Origin: Acidimicrobiia bacterium | Lineage (GTDB): Bacteria; Actinomycetota; Acidimicrobiia; Spongiisociales; UBA11373 | Length of the DNA stretch: 64,000 nucleotides | Assembly (NCBI GenBank): GCA_040878325.1 | Contig: JBBDMM010000004.1 | Location: forward strand, 1 to 64,000 | Reading direction: 5' to 3' | Shown here: piece by piece, positions 17,854 through 27,786 of the stretch | How the letters are laid out: each line of letters opens with the position of its first letter | Numbering within the stretch: the first letter of the stretch is position 1 | Notes under the pieces: model-generated | What the model was told of the DNA's origin: nothing | Seen by the model: the letters and a program-made list of their open reading frames with translations, nothing else | Database searches by the model: none | Made by a program: the position numbers and the translations under genes

Positions 17854-18204
17854 TCAGGGTGCCAGGCACACCAGCCACACGACCCGTTCCATCAACAGGC
17901 CGGGGCGCGTTTCGTTCTCGACCATGGTGACACCGAGTTCTACCCGCTGACCCCGCCCTACGCAGGTGGCAGGGGGCTCGTTCCACGGTCCGTCTTCGAC
18001 CCGCCAGATTGCGTGCGTGACGTCGTAGGCCTCGCCCGCGGTGGCGTCTCGGTCGGAATTCAGCCCGATCTCTATCTGCTCGCCGATCTGTTCCACAATC
18101 ACCGCGTAGCCCACGGTCGACTCGATCTCGAGTGAAGTCGAGGGGGTGTCACCCCCGCACGCCGCGGCCACTGCGACCAGGGCAATCGCGAGGAGTCGTC
18201 GCAT
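17854..18204 (-). CDS. Hypothetical lipoprotein
   Basis: MRRLLAIALVAVAAAC lipobox; TAGCCT box upstream. Confidence 0.7.
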   Translation of the reverse strand: MRRLLAIALVAVAAACGGDTPSTSLEIESTVGYAVIVEQIGEQIEIGLNSDRDATAGEAYDVTHAIWRVEDGPWNEPPATCVGRGQRVELGVTMVENETRPGLLMERVVWLVCLAP

Positions 18205-18291
18205 ACCGGCTGAGGCTAGTCGCGGGTCGGGAGAGTCCCTGGAAGAGGACCGCCGGGAATGGGGCACACCCCCGCTCCTTACACTTGTGCG

Positions 18292-20649
18292 ATGGCAAGC
18301 AGCAAGTTTCACATCGGTGGAGACATCGACCCGGGCTCAGGCGAACGAACCGGTGAGGTCACTGCGTACGCTCCCGGCGACCTGACCACCCACGGCGTCA
18401 TCGTGGGGATGACAGGCTCGGGGAAGACCGGGCTCGGGATCATCTACCTCGAAGAAGCGCTTCGTGCCGGGATTCCCGCCCTCATCCTGGACCCCAAGGG
18501 CGACATGACGAACCTCCTGCTCACGTTTCCCAACCTCGCCCCCGCCGACTTCGCCCCGTGGGTAGACCCCGCCGAAGCAGAGCGGTCGGGGATCACGGTG
18601 GAAGCGCTGGCCGAGAAGACCGCAACCCTGTGGAAGGAGGGCTTGGAGTCGTGGGACCTTGGGGGTGCGGACATCGCCGATCTCCGCGCCGCGGCCGGGT
18701 TCACCATCTATACCCCCGGGTCCACGGCGGGAGTACCCATCAACGTGCTGGGGTCCCTTGCCGCGCCGAAGGTCGACTGGGATGAAGAAGCCGAGACCGC
18801 CCGCGACGAGATCGAGGGCCTCGTCTCGGGAATGCTCGCACTCGTCGGAGTCGCCGCCGACCCACTGTCCGGGCGCGAGCACATTCTGGTATCGAACATC
18901 ATCGAACAGGCTTGGCGCGACGGCGACGACCTCACGATCGAAAACCTCATCGCCCGGGTGCACCGCCCCCCGATGCGAAAACTGGGGGTGTTCGAGATCG
19001 ACACCTTCTTCCCCGAGAAAGACCGGCTGGCGTTGGCGATGCGCCTCAACACGCTGGTGGCCTCTCCGTCCTTTGCCGAGTGGCGGGCCGGTCCCCCGCT
19101 CGACCCCGCGAGGTTGCTCTGGTCGGAAGACGGCAAGCCGCAGGCATCGATCATCTACCTCGCCCACCTGTCCGACGAGGAACGCCAGTTCGTCGTCACC
19201 ACCGTTCTCGGCCGACTGGTCACCTGGATGCGGTCGCAACCGGGTTCGAGCGACCTACGGGCAATCGTCTACATGGACGAGGTAGTCGGGTTCGTCCCCC
19301 CCACCGCCATGCCCCCGGCCAAGAAGCCGATCCTCACCCTCATGAAGCAGGCCCGCGCCTTCGGGATCGGCATGCTCCTCTCGACCCAGAACCCGGTCGA
19401 TCTCGACTACAAGGCAATGTCGAACGCCGGCACCTGGCTGATCGGGCGACTACAGACCGAGCGGGACAAGGCTCGGATCCTCGAGGCACTGCAGACCGCC
19501 AGCGGCGACGCCGACGTGGCCACGCTCGACAAGATCATCACCGGCCTCGGCAAACGGCAATTCCTGCTCCACACCACCAAGGGCTCGAAGCCAAAGGTGT
19601 TCACCACAAGATGGGCGATGTCCTATCTGCGCGGTCCGCTCACCCGGGACGAGGTGACGCGCCTCGTCGGCGACGACAAGCGCCGCTCCGAGTCGTCACC
19701 GCCAGCGAGTCCACAGCAATCGTCCGACAGCACCCCGATGGCGCCGAAGGTGGCGTCGGGCATCCCCGCTAAGCATCTCGATCCCGCCGCGACCTGGGCA
19801 CGGGATGTCGGGGCTCACCCGGGAGCGAACCGACTTGAACCGGCTCTCGCGGTCCGGGTACATCTCACGTTCGACGACACGACGGCGGCCGTCGATCATG
19901 AAGAGGAGTGGGAGGCTGTGTACTTCCCGTTGGCGGCGCGATTCGATCCGGAAGCTGCGACCGCGGTAGACCACGACGACCGCGACTTCATCGAAGATGC
20001 CCCCAGCGGAGCGGAGTACCTGGTCGGCGACGCTCCGATCGGCGACTCGAAGTACTTCACCGAGGCGAAGGCGGCGATCCAGGCCCACCTGCTCCGCGGC
20101 CGTTCGGTCGAGGTATATCGGAACGCTGCACTGAAGCTGTTCGGCCGCGTCGGCGAGTCCCGGAACGAATTCGACCAGAGATGCGCGGCAGCCGTCGAGG
20201 AAAGGGTCGACGCGGAGGTGGCCAAATTGCGTGATCGGTACGCCGCCCGGATCGATCGGGCGCGCGATGAAATCGAGACCGCCAATCGCAAAGTCGAAGA
20301 CGCCCGCCTCGACGTAGAAACCCGCAAGCAGGAAGAGGTCATGTCGGGGGCGGGCACTGTCATCGGGGTCCTCCTCGGGCAGAGGAGAACCACCTCCCTG
20401 TCGACAGCTGCGTCGAAGCGGTCGATGACCCGCAAGGCCGAGCAGCGGCTCGGATCCGCAGAGGCCAAAGCCGCCAAAGAGGTGGCAGATGTCGACGAGT
20501 TGGAGGCCGACCTCGAAGGGGATTTTACCGAGATCACCGAGCGCTGGCACAAGGCGGCCGAGGACACCGAAACCTTGGAGATCGGCCTGGAGAAGACCGA
20601 CATCGTGGTCGAATCACCCGTTCTGGTGTGGATACCGGTCAAGCAATAG
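18292..20649 (+). CDS. HerA/FtsK-like P-loop ATPase (DUF87/DUF853 type) with C-terminal coiled coil
   Basis: HGVIVGMTGSGKT Walker A, YMDE Walker B, KQARAFG, STQNP; leaderless TACACT box. Confidence 0.85.
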   Translation: MASSKFHIGGDIDPGSGERTGEVTAYAPGDLTTHGVIVGMTGSGKTGLGIIYLEEALRAGIPALILDPKGDMTNLLLTFPNLAPADFAPWVDPAEAERSGITVEALAEKTATLWKEGLESWDLGGADIADLRAAAGFTIYTPGSTAGVPINVLGSLAAPKVDWDEEAETARDEIEGLVSGMLALVGVAADPLSGREHILVSNIIEQAWRDGDDLTIENLIARVHRPPMRKLGVFEIDTFFPEKDRLALAMRLNTLVASPSFAEWRAGPPLDPARLLWSEDGKPQASIIYLAHLSDEERQFVVTTVLGRLVTWMRSQPGSSDLRAIVYMDEVVGFVPPTAMPPAKKPILTLMKQARAFGIGMLLSTQNPVDLDYKAMSNAGTWLIGRLQTERDKARILEALQTASGDADVATLDKIITGLGKRQFLLHTTKGSKPKVFTTRWAMSYLRGPLTRDEVTRLVGDDKRRSESSPPASPQQSSDSTPMAPKVASGIPAKHLDPAATWARDVGAHPGANRLEPALAVRVHLTFDDTTAAVDHEEEWEAVYFPLAARFDPEAATAVDHDDRDFIEDAPSGAEYLVGDAPIGDSKYFTEAKAAIQAHLLRGRSVEVYRNAALKLFGRVGESRNEFDQRCAAAVEERVDAEVAKLRDRYAARIDRARDEIETANRKVEDARLDVETRKQEEVMSGAGTVIGVLLGQRRTTSLSTAASKRSMTRKAEQRLGSAEAKAAKEVADVDELEADLEGDFTEITERWHKAAEDTETLEIGLEKTDIVVESPVLVWIPVKQ

Positions 20650-20687
20650 CCGATAGTCGAGTCGACAGGTCCCCCTGCGGGAGGCGT

Positions 20688-20727
20688 GGCCGGCCCGGGG
20701 GCCGGCCCAAGGCGGCCGGAGGCCGCC
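20688..20727. repeat. Tandem GC-rich palindromes, one with a GGA triloop
   Basis: GGCCGGCC-cggg-GGCCGGCC and GGCGGCC-gga-GGCCGCC. Confidence 0.6.
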
Positions 20728-20784
20728 CGGAGGCTGGAACACTTTCGCTAAACCAGGTCGCGAAATCTGCCGAAAAACTGGGAT

Positions 20785-21192
20785 ATGACCGCTTCCGTCA
20801 CCACCCTGCGCACCGATACCGCCCGAATCTCGCTCGTCCGCATCGACGAGAAGACCGAAGAGCACCGCGCCGAGGTGCAGGTGATCCTCCATTGGGATGG
20901 CGATGACCACGTCGGCGAATCGGCCGGTGATCCCGCCGCCGGGGTCCGCCCTCGCCTGGTCGCCGCTGCAACCCTGCGGGCCGTCGAGTTGATCGACGAT
21001 TTCGAGTTCCGCCTCGTAGACGCCTCGACCACCCGGTCGGGGGGATCCGACATCGCGCTGGTGACCGTCCACGAGCCCGAAAGCAACCGCCCCCTGGTGG
21101 GAACCGCCGTGGTCGATGAGGACAACCGGCAGGTGGCCTTCGCCAAGGCGACGCTTGACGCGGTGAATCGCCGCATCCTGCAACACGTCTGA
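20785..21192 (+). CDS. Hypothetical protein (paralog of the next gene)
   Basis: RPRLVAAATLRAV ... LVGTAV ... KATLDAVNRR. Confidence 0.75.
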   Translation: MTASVTTLRTDTARISLVRIDEKTEEHRAEVQVILHWDGDDHVGESAGDPAAGVRPRLVAAATLRAVELIDDFEFRLVDASTTRSGGSDIALVTVHEPESNRPLVGTAVVDEDNRQVAFAKATLDAVNRRILQHV

Positions 21193-21222
21193 GCGCAGGG
21201 GTCCCCGCTACTCTCCGATGTC

Positions 21223-21597
21223 GTGGCTACTCGACCGATCATCGTCTCCATCGAAGATGACACCGACGGTGAGGACACCCGCGTCACGGTGACACTCTCC
21301 TGGGGCGATCGTGATTGGCATGGCCAGGCCGTGGGTTCGGCCGCAAGCCGGCCCCGCCTGGCCGGTGAAGCAACCCTCGACGCAGTGACCCACCTCGCCG
21401 AGAAGGCGCCCAGCCTCGAACTCCTCGCCCTCGCCACCACCGACCTGGGGGCCGCCCGGATCGCACTCGCCCAGGTTCGCTACGGACCCGGAGAGATCCT
21501 GGTCGGCAGCGCGGTCCAGGGCGAAGTCGACGACCGACTGGCGGCGGCACGGGCTGTCATGGACGCCATCAATCGGAGGTTGACGACCGTCCTGTGA
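21223..21597 (+). CDS. Hypothetical protein (paralog of the previous gene)
   Basis: RPRLAGEATLDAV ... LVGSAV ... RAVMDAINRR; GTG start with TACTCT box. Confidence 0.75.
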   Translation: MATRPIIVSIEDDTDGEDTRVTVTLSWGDRDWHGQAVGSAASRPRLAGEATLDAVTHLAEKAPSLELLALATTDLGAARIALAQVRYGPGEILVGSAVQGEVDDRLAAARAVMDAINRRLTTVL

Positions 21598-21615
21598 GGT
21601 GGGCGATGAACGGAC

Positions 21616-21999
21616 TCAGTCGCCGGGGGGCTCACCCAGAATCGCCCACAGGATGTCCCGGATGCTGACGATCCCGAGCAATTCGCCGTCCTCCATCACC
21701 GGCATGTGGCGATAGCCGACCTCGAGCAGCCAACGAGCGGCCTCTTCGACCTCGACATCGGGCGAGAACGTGTCGGGCGCTTCGGCCATCCACTCGGCCA
21801 CCGTGTCGACCTCGGTGTCGGCCCCCTCGGCGACGGCACGCACCAGGTCTCGCTCCGTGATGATTCCGACGAGCGCCCGATCGACGATGACTCCGAGGCT
21901 GCCCACGCCCGCCTCGACGAGCGCCTCGGCGGCATCGCCGATCGTCGCCTCGCTTCCAATCACCGTTGCCGAGCCACCCACGAGTGCTCCGAGTTTCAT
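21616..21999 (-). CDS. CBS domain-pair protein
   Basis: LVGIITERDL and YRHMPV..LLGIVSIRDI. Confidence 0.9.
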   Translation of the reverse strand: MKLGALVGGSATVIGSEATIGDAAEALVEAGVGSLGVIVDRALVGIITERDLVRAVAEGADTEVDTVAEWMAEAPDTFSPDVEVEEAARWLLEVGYRHMPVMEDGELLGIVSIRDILWAILGEPPGD

Positions 22000-22065
22000 C
22001 GAACGCTCCCGAGTAGGACACCTGTCAGGCTAGTGGGGCCATTGAGGACGTAGTCCAGATGAACT

Positions 22066-22150
22066 GGCTCCTGCTACCGCTCCTGCCCCAGCCAGATCGC
22101 GGCACCCGCCGGAAACGCGCTCTGGCGGGAGCCGTGGCCGGAGCTGTGGC
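22066..22150. repeat. Inverted pair of hexamer arrays, both ending inward in GCCAGA
   Basis: + ggctcc tgctac cgctcc tgcccc agccaga; - tctggc gggagc cgtggc cggagc tgtggc. Confidence 0.8.
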
Positions 22151-22155
22151 CTTTC

Positions 22156-23121
22156 CTAAACGAGATCCTGTTCGCGGATGCCGAAGGAGGGGTGGCGGAG
22201 GCGGCAGAGGGCGAGTTTCTCGAGTTGACGGATGCGCTCGCGGGTGAGGTTGAACTCCTCGCCGATCTCCTCGAGCGTCCGGGGGACGCCGTCGAGGAAG
22301 CCGTAGCGCAGCGCGAGGATCCGGCCTTCCCGATCGGGAAGTCGGGAGATCGAGCGGCGCAGACTGTCGGCGATGTCGCCTTCCTCAGTGACTCGGACCG
22401 GGTCGACAGCATCCTCATCCTCGATGAAGTCGCCGAGCTGGGCGCCGTCTTCTCCGACCGGCTGTTCGAGCGACACCGTGTCGGCGACCCCGAGTGCGAG
22501 CTCGACCTTGTCGACCGTCACCCCGGCTTCTTCGGCGATCTCCGCCGGCTTGGGATCGCGGCCGAGCTCGGCCTTGAGGCTCGCCTGGGCAGCTCGAACC
22601 GCTGCCAGGGTGTCGTGCAAATGAACCGGAATACGGACCGTACGGGACTTGTCGGCGATCGCCCGAGTGATCGCCTGGCGGATCCACCAGGTGGCATACG
22701 TGGAGAACTTGAAGCCCTTGCGCCAGTCGAACTTCTCGACCGCGCGGATGAGGCCCAGGTTGCCTTCCTGGATGAGGTCGAGGAAGTCGATGCCCGACGT
22801 GTTGGCGTACCGACGGGCATTGGCGACCACCAGGCGGAGGTTGGCGGTGAGGAAGTCGTCCTTGGCCTGACGTCCGAGGCGCACGAGTCGCTTGAGCTCG
22901 ACCTCCTCGGTCTTGCCCTTGAAGTCACGTTCCTCGAGACGCTTCTGAGCCTCTTCGCCCAATTCGATTTTCTGGGCGAATTCGACCTCGAGCTCCGCGG
23001 TCAGGAGCTCGTACTCGCCGATCGCGGTGAGATACTGGCTGACCAGGTCGGTGGTGAGCCTGCCGCGCTCGTCGGTGAGCTTGTTTCGGTCACGGTCGCG
23101 CCGCGTCTTCGCAACTGCCAT
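22156..23121 (-). CDS. Sigma-70 family RNA polymerase sigma factor (RpoD-like, lacks region 1.1)
   Basis: [48 protein letters not shown]; start could alternatively be 23172. Confidence 0.93.
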   Translation of the reverse strand: MAVAKTRRDRDRNKLTDERGRLTTDLVSQYLTAIGEYELLTAELEVEFAQKIELGEEAQKRLEERDFKGKTEEVELKRLVRLGRQAKDDFLTANLRLVVANARRYANTSGIDFLDLIQEGNLGLIRAVEKFDWRKGFKFSTYATWWIRQAITRAIADKSRTVRIPVHLHDTLAAVRAAQASLKAELGRDPKPAEIAEEAGVTVDKVELALGVADTVSLEQPVGEDGAQLGDFIEDEDAVDPVRVTEEGDIADSLRRSISRLPDREGRILALRYGFLDGVPRTLEEIGEEFNLTRERIRQLEKLALCRLRHPSFGIREQDLV

Positions 23122-23331
23122 TCGTTTCGTGTCCTCTCGGTGGGGGCCGTTGAACGGGCCCCTCGTCGTCATCCTGAAATCGTCGACCGGCTCGAAGCGG
23201 GCCGGAACGGAGGGCGCTCGTGAACTATTTCACAAGCTGGAACTCTCGCTCACTATGTCACAGTGCGCCGGTCTTGTGAACCCCCCAATCCGTCGAGAAA
23301 ATCCCCCATTTTCGCGTTTTTCCGAACCAGC

Positions 23332-23473
23332 ATCCGCCTTCCGCCTTCCGCCTTCCGCCTTCCGCAAGAGTCGCCCGCCAGTGTCCGCACCACGGAGTGA
23401 GCGTCGCGGTTTCGCCGGGTCGGCCGAAGGCCGGCCTTCGCCCTTCGCCCCTCTCTCGACTTTGCCTTTCGCC
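23332..23473 (+). repeat. (TTCCGCC)x5-GCAAGA array, GGTCGGCC-GAA-GGCCGGCC hairpin and degenerate (CTTCGCC) array
   Basis: 23332-23369 array; 23418-23436 hairpin; 23436-23473 degenerate array before the TAGGCT -10 box. Confidence 0.85.
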
Positions 23474-23493
23474 AACCACTTAGGCTCGGTGCC

Positions 23494-25521
23494 ATGCGCA
23501 ATCGGCTCTCCGAGGCCAACTCGCCGTATCTGCTCCAGCACCAGGGGAACCCGGTCGCCTGGTACGAGTGGGGTGCCGCGGCGTTCGCCGAGGCGCAGCA
23601 GCGGGAGGTCCCGGTGCTGTTGTCGGTGGGTTATGCCTCCTGCCATTGGTGTCACGTGATGGCGCACGAGTCCTTCGAGGACGAGGCGACTGCGGCCCTG
23701 ATGAACGACCTCTTCGTGAACGTGAAGGTCGACCGTGAGGAGCGGCCCGACGTCGATCGCATCTACATGGACGCGGTGCAGACGATGTCGGGCAGGGGCG
23801 GCTGGCCGATGACGGTGTTTCTCACTCCGGCAGGAGAGCCCTTCTACGCCGGCACCTACTTCCCCAAGACCGAGCGCGGCGGGATGCCCTCGTTCACCCG
23901 GGTACTGCAGGCGGTGTCCGACGCGTGGGTGACCAAGCGCGAGGAGGTGGAAGGGCACGCGGCGGCATTGAGGCAGGCCATCGCCGCTCCGCAGATCCCG
24001 GCCGGAGACGCGGGGCCTGGACGCGAGTCCCTCGTACGGGCGGTCGAGGCCCTCGCCACCCAATTCGACCCGGTAGACGGTGGATTCGGTCCCGCCCCCA
24101 AGTTCCCCCAGAGCCCGACGCTCGAGTTCCTGCTGCGGGCCGCCCGGCGGCCGTGGGCGCCCCAAGCCGAGCAGATGCTCGTGAAGACGCTGCAGACGAT
24201 GGCGCATGGTGGTATCCACGACCGGATCGGGGGCGGCTTTTCTCGGTACTCGGTGGATGCCCGATGGCTGGTCCCCCACTTCGAGAAGATGCTCTATGAC
24301 AACGCCCTCCTCGCCCGGGTCTATGCACGGGCCTGGCAGCTGACCGGGAACCCCCTCTTCGAATCGGTGGCGCGCGACACGATCGAGTACATGCTGCGGG
24401 ACCTCGCCCTCCCCGCCGGCGGCTTCGCGTCGGGCGAGGACGCCGACTCGGAGGGCGAAGAGGGCAAGTTCTACGTCTTCAGCCACGACGAGGTGGCGCG
24501 AGCCGCTGGTGACGGTGCCGGACCGGTGATGCGAGTTCTCGGGGTCACCGAAGAGGGCAACTTCGAGGGTCGATCGATCCTTCATCAGGCAGAGGCACCC
24601 GCAGTGGTCGCCGCCGAGTTCGGCCTGGAGGCAACGGAACTTGCCGATTTGATGGCGGCAACCGAGACTTCCCTGCGAGCAGTGAGAGCGACCAGGATCC
24701 GGCCCGGGCTCGACGACAAGGCTGTCTGCGCCTGGAACGCCTTTGCGATCACGGCCCTGGCTGAAGCGGGGACGGTGCTCGGCGAACCCGACTACCTGCG
24801 AGCCGCCGAGAGGACCGCACGCTTCATTCTCGATGAGATGCGGCGGCCCGACGGCCGCCTCATCCGCGCTCGGCGCCAGCGCAGGGGCGACATCCCGGCT
24901 TTCTGTGACGACTACGCCGCCAGCGCGGTGGCGCTGTTCACGCTGTTTCAGGCAACCGGCGACGTCCAGTGGTACCGGGAGGCAGCCCATCTCACCGAAG
25001 AGATGGTCCGGCTCTTCCGCGACGATGCCGACGGCCTCTTCTTCGCCACCGGCACGGATGCCGAGGAGCTGATTGCCCGGCCAAAGAATCTGTTCGACAA
25101 CCCCACGCCGTCGGACAACTCGCTGGCCGCCGAGGCGATGCAGCACATGGCCGCCTTCACCGGCGACCCGGCCTGGTCGGATCGCGTCGATGCGGTACTG
25201 CGGGGGGCGTCCGGGTTGATCGATCGATACCCGGGTGGTGCCGGGCACTTCCTCGGTGTCGCCCTGGTCCAGCATGCTCCACCATACGAGATCGCCCTGG
25301 TAGGCCCCGGAGCAACCGGCCTCGCCCAGATCGTGCGGGACCGCTACCGACCCGAGATTTTTCTGGCGTTCTCCGAATCGCCGACCGCCGACGTTCCGCT
25401 GCTGGCCGATCGTCCGGTCATCGGCGAAGTAGCCACTGCATATGTCTGTCGTGGCTTCGTGTGCGACTCTCCCACCACCGACCCCCGTGCACTCGAAGCC
25501 GCCCTTGAAAGAAACTTCTAA
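23494..25521 (+). CDS. Thioredoxin domain-containing YyaL/DUF255 family protein
   Basis: NRL..SPYLLQH..NPV, CHWCHVMAHESF, PHFEKMLYDN. Confidence 0.92.
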   Translation: MRNRLSEANSPYLLQHQGNPVAWYEWGAAAFAEAQQREVPVLLSVGYASCHWCHVMAHESFEDEATAALMNDLFVNVKVDREERPDVDRIYMDAVQTMSGRGGWPMTVFLTPAGEPFYAGTYFPKTERGGMPSFTRVLQAVSDAWVTKREEVEGHAAALRQAIAAPQIPAGDAGPGRESLVRAVEALATQFDPVDGGFGPAPKFPQSPTLEFLLRAARRPWAPQAEQMLVKTLQTMAHGGIHDRIGGGFSRYSVDARWLVPHFEKMLYDNALLARVYARAWQLTGNPLFESVARDTIEYMLRDLALPAGGFASGEDADSEGEEGKFYVFSHDEVARAAGDGAGPVMRVLGVTEEGNFEGRSILHQAEAPAVVAAEFGLEATELADLMAATETSLRAVRATRIRPGLDDKAVCAWNAFAITALAEAGTVLGEPDYLRAAERTARFILDEMRRPDGRLIRARRQRRGDIPAFCDDYAASAVALFTLFQATGDVQWYREAAHLTEEMVRLFRDDADGLFFATGTDAEELIARPKNLFDNPTPSDNSLAAEAMQHMAAFTGDPAWSDRVDAVLRGASGLIDRYPGGAGHFLGVALVQHAPPYEIALVGPGATGLAQIVRDRYRPEIFLAFSESPTADVPLLADRPVIGEVATAYVCRGFVCDSPTTDPRALEAALERNF

Positions 25522-25569
25522 CAATCCCTTGGTTTCCCAATAACCGGCCCGGTCTAGATTCAGGGACAT

Positions 25570-26682
25570 ATGGAAAAGGAAACCGGCGGGTACTTGCGTC
25601 GCGCCGGTGTCGTCCTCGGCATCGGCGTCCTGGTGGTCCTCGGGTGGACCGGCTTCCGCCTGTGGAAGGCATGGTCCGACGTCGACCGGGTCGGATTCGA
25701 TCCCTCGGCCGCCCGGGCTGCTCTCGAAGGCACCGATCCCGCGCGGGTGGACTACCTGCCGATTCCTGATGAAGACATCGCCGATGATCCCGGCCCGATC
25801 GTCGAAGGTGAACTCGCCCAGGAGGCCGACGCATACGCCAGGGCGAGATCCCGCAGCGTCAACGAAGCCGTCGAAGCGTTCCTCATCATCGGCAGCGACC
25901 AACGAGCCGAGATCGGCGCCAGCCGCCGCGCCGACGTGATCCTGCTGTTCGTGCTGCCTGCCGACGGAGGTGACCCGCTACTCATCTCGATCCCCCGCGA
26001 CCTCTACCTGCCCAACCCCTGCAGCGGTGGATTGTCTCGGATCAACGCCAACCTCAACGGCTGCGGCGACTTCGCCACCGGTCCCGAGCAGCTCGCGGTG
26101 GCAGTCGAGGACTTCACCGGTATCGAGATCGACCACTTCGCGGTCTTCGACTTCGACGGGTTCAGGGCGATCATCGACCGCGTGGGCGGCGCAGAGGTGT
26201 GTAGCGAGCACCCGCTCCGGGATCTCAACGTGACTCCGACCCAGCTCCAGATTCCGGCCGGGTGCTCGACGATCGACGGCGACATGGCCCTGTCGTGGGT
26301 GCGGTCCCGCAAGACTCAGGAGCAGGTCAACGGCGTGTGGCGCACCCAAGCATCGGTCAACGATCTTGCCCGGAGCCAGCGACAGCAGGATCTGATCATC
26401 CAGGCGCTCGCCCGCCTCAAGGACTTCCGCGACATCTCGGAACTGACGGCACTGGTCGAGGAGCTCTCGGCGGCTTTCACCATCGACGATCGCCTCACCC
26501 TCGGCGAGGCGATCGGCACGGCCTGGAGTCTGCGATCACTCGACCTGACCCGGATCGTGCGTCCCGTGCTGGCGGTGGCCAACTTCATCGATCCGAACGG
26601 GGCATACGTGCTGGTCCCTTCGAAGTCATTCGAGGAAGTGGTCGTCGAAGCCGACCCGAGTGCGGCGGCGCTCTTCTCCTGA
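25570..26682 (+). CDS. LCP (LytR-CpsA-Psr) family protein
   Basis: N-terminal TM, IGSD.R..RADVI, SIPRD, RINA, VRSR, DLARSQRQQ. Confidence 0.9.
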   Translation: MEKETGGYLRRAGVVLGIGVLVVLGWTGFRLWKAWSDVDRVGFDPSAARAALEGTDPARVDYLPIPDEDIADDPGPIVEGELAQEADAYARARSRSVNEAVEAFLIIGSDQRAEIGASRRADVILLFVLPADGGDPLLISIPRDLYLPNPCSGGLSRINANLNGCGDFATGPEQLAVAVEDFTGIEIDHFAVFDFDGFRAIIDRVGGAEVCSEHPLRDLNVTPTQLQIPAGCSTIDGDMALSWVRSRKTQEQVNGVWRTQASVNDLARSQRQQDLIIQALARLKDFRDISELTALVEELSAAFTIDDRLTLGEAIGTAWSLRSLDLTRIVRPVLAVANFIDPNGAYVLVPSKSFEEVVVEADPSAAALFS

Positions 26683-26774
26683 TCCAGGGAAGGTCTCGCC
26701 GGAGGTGGCCCGACCGGTTCGCGAAGCCGATACTTAACGACGCCAACCCTTAGGATGGTGGGAAGAGGTCAGCC

Positions 26775-27776
26775 GTGGAACGACAGCCACCAGCCGGGCC
26801 CGGCGGGGGGGAGCCCTTCCCCTCCTTCGACCCCGACTTCACGCCTGCGCAACAGGCCCGCGGACCCGCTCCGCAGGCCAGGCCACCGCGCCCACAACAG
26901 CGCACCCCCGCACCTCGGCAAGCCGCACCTGCTCCGCGTCAACCGCGCCCGGGCGGGCGTCCTCCGCGGTCCTCAGGGGATCAGCCGAATCCGTGGCTGG
27001 TGGGCGCCGCCGTTGCCTCGGTGCTCGCCGCACTGAGCATCATCACCTTCGGCGTCTTCGGCGGGGAGTCCACGACCGCAGGAACGACGTCGACCACCGC
27101 GACGACCCTGCCCGGGACCGAGACGACCCTCCCCGTCGACGGGTCGACCACCCTCCCGGATGACGGTTCGAGCACCACCATTCCCGGTCAAACCACCATT
27201 CCCATGACCGGGGGCGGAACGATCACCCCGATCGGCGACCCCATCCTCCTCAGCGAGGTCAAGATGGCGGCGAGCGCCCTCGGCCCGCTCGAGTTCGGCC
27301 GGGACTCCGATCAGGTACTCGGCCGACTCGCCGCCACCTACGGTCAGCCCACCGATGACACGGGGTTCTTCGTCGGGGACGGGACATTCGGCGAGTGCCC
27401 GGGCGACTCGGTGCGGATCGTGAGTTGGGGCCCGCTCAGAGTCGCCTCCGTCGGCCCGGAGGGCACTGCCGACTTCGTCTCGTATCGCCTCGACCTCAGC
27501 TACGGCGGAATCACTTCACCCACCACCGACATCGCCACCCTCTCGGGGTTGCGGGTGGGCGACACCGTGGGCGACCTCAAGAGCATCTACGCGGGTTTCG
27601 CGATCGAGTACGTGGTCAACGACGACATCGGCGGACTGGTCTTTGAATTGCGCGAGAACCAGGCCGGCGACATCCTCCTCTGGGGCCCCGTCGACTCCCA
27701 GGCCGACGACGCCCTGGTGACGGGCATCTACTCCAAGGACCATTGCGAGACCGCAGACCCCGACCCCGACGCGTGA
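26775..27776 (+). CDS. Hypothetical membrane-anchored protein, Pro-rich N-terminus and Thr-rich linker
   Basis: Single TM, TTLP repeats; GTG start with GAAGAGG RBS. Confidence 0.7.
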   Translation: MERQPPAGPGGGEPFPSFDPDFTPAQQARGPAPQARPPRPQQRTPAPRQAAPAPRQPRPGGRPPRSSGDQPNPWLVGAAVASVLAALSIITFGVFGGESTTAGTTSTTATTLPGTETTLPVDGSTTLPDDGSSTTIPGQTTIPMTGGGTITPIGDPILLSEVKMAASALGPLEFGRDSDQVLGRLAATYGQPTDDTGFFVGDGTFGECPGDSVRIVSWGPLRVASVGPEGTADFVSYRLDLSYGGITSPTTDIATLSGLRVGDTVGDLKSIYAGFAIEYVVNDDIGGLVFELRENQAGDILLWGPVDSQADDALVTGIYSKDHCETADPDPDA

Positions 27777-27786
27777 CGAGGGTGCG

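Noticed and set aside
20647..20668. Weak TAGYCGA heptamer repeat after the ATPase stop
   Set aside because: Only about two units and out of register; too degenerate to call.
22156..23121. Calling the sigma factor rpoD/sigA
   Set aside because: It lacks region 1.1 and a long N-terminus; primary versus group 2 status cannot be decided from this window.
23230..25902. Very long antisense/alternative-frame ORFs (also 61774-63942, 58338-59873, 41496-42917)
   Set aside because: They are shadows of well-supported genes in high-GC DNA, with no recognisable motifs.
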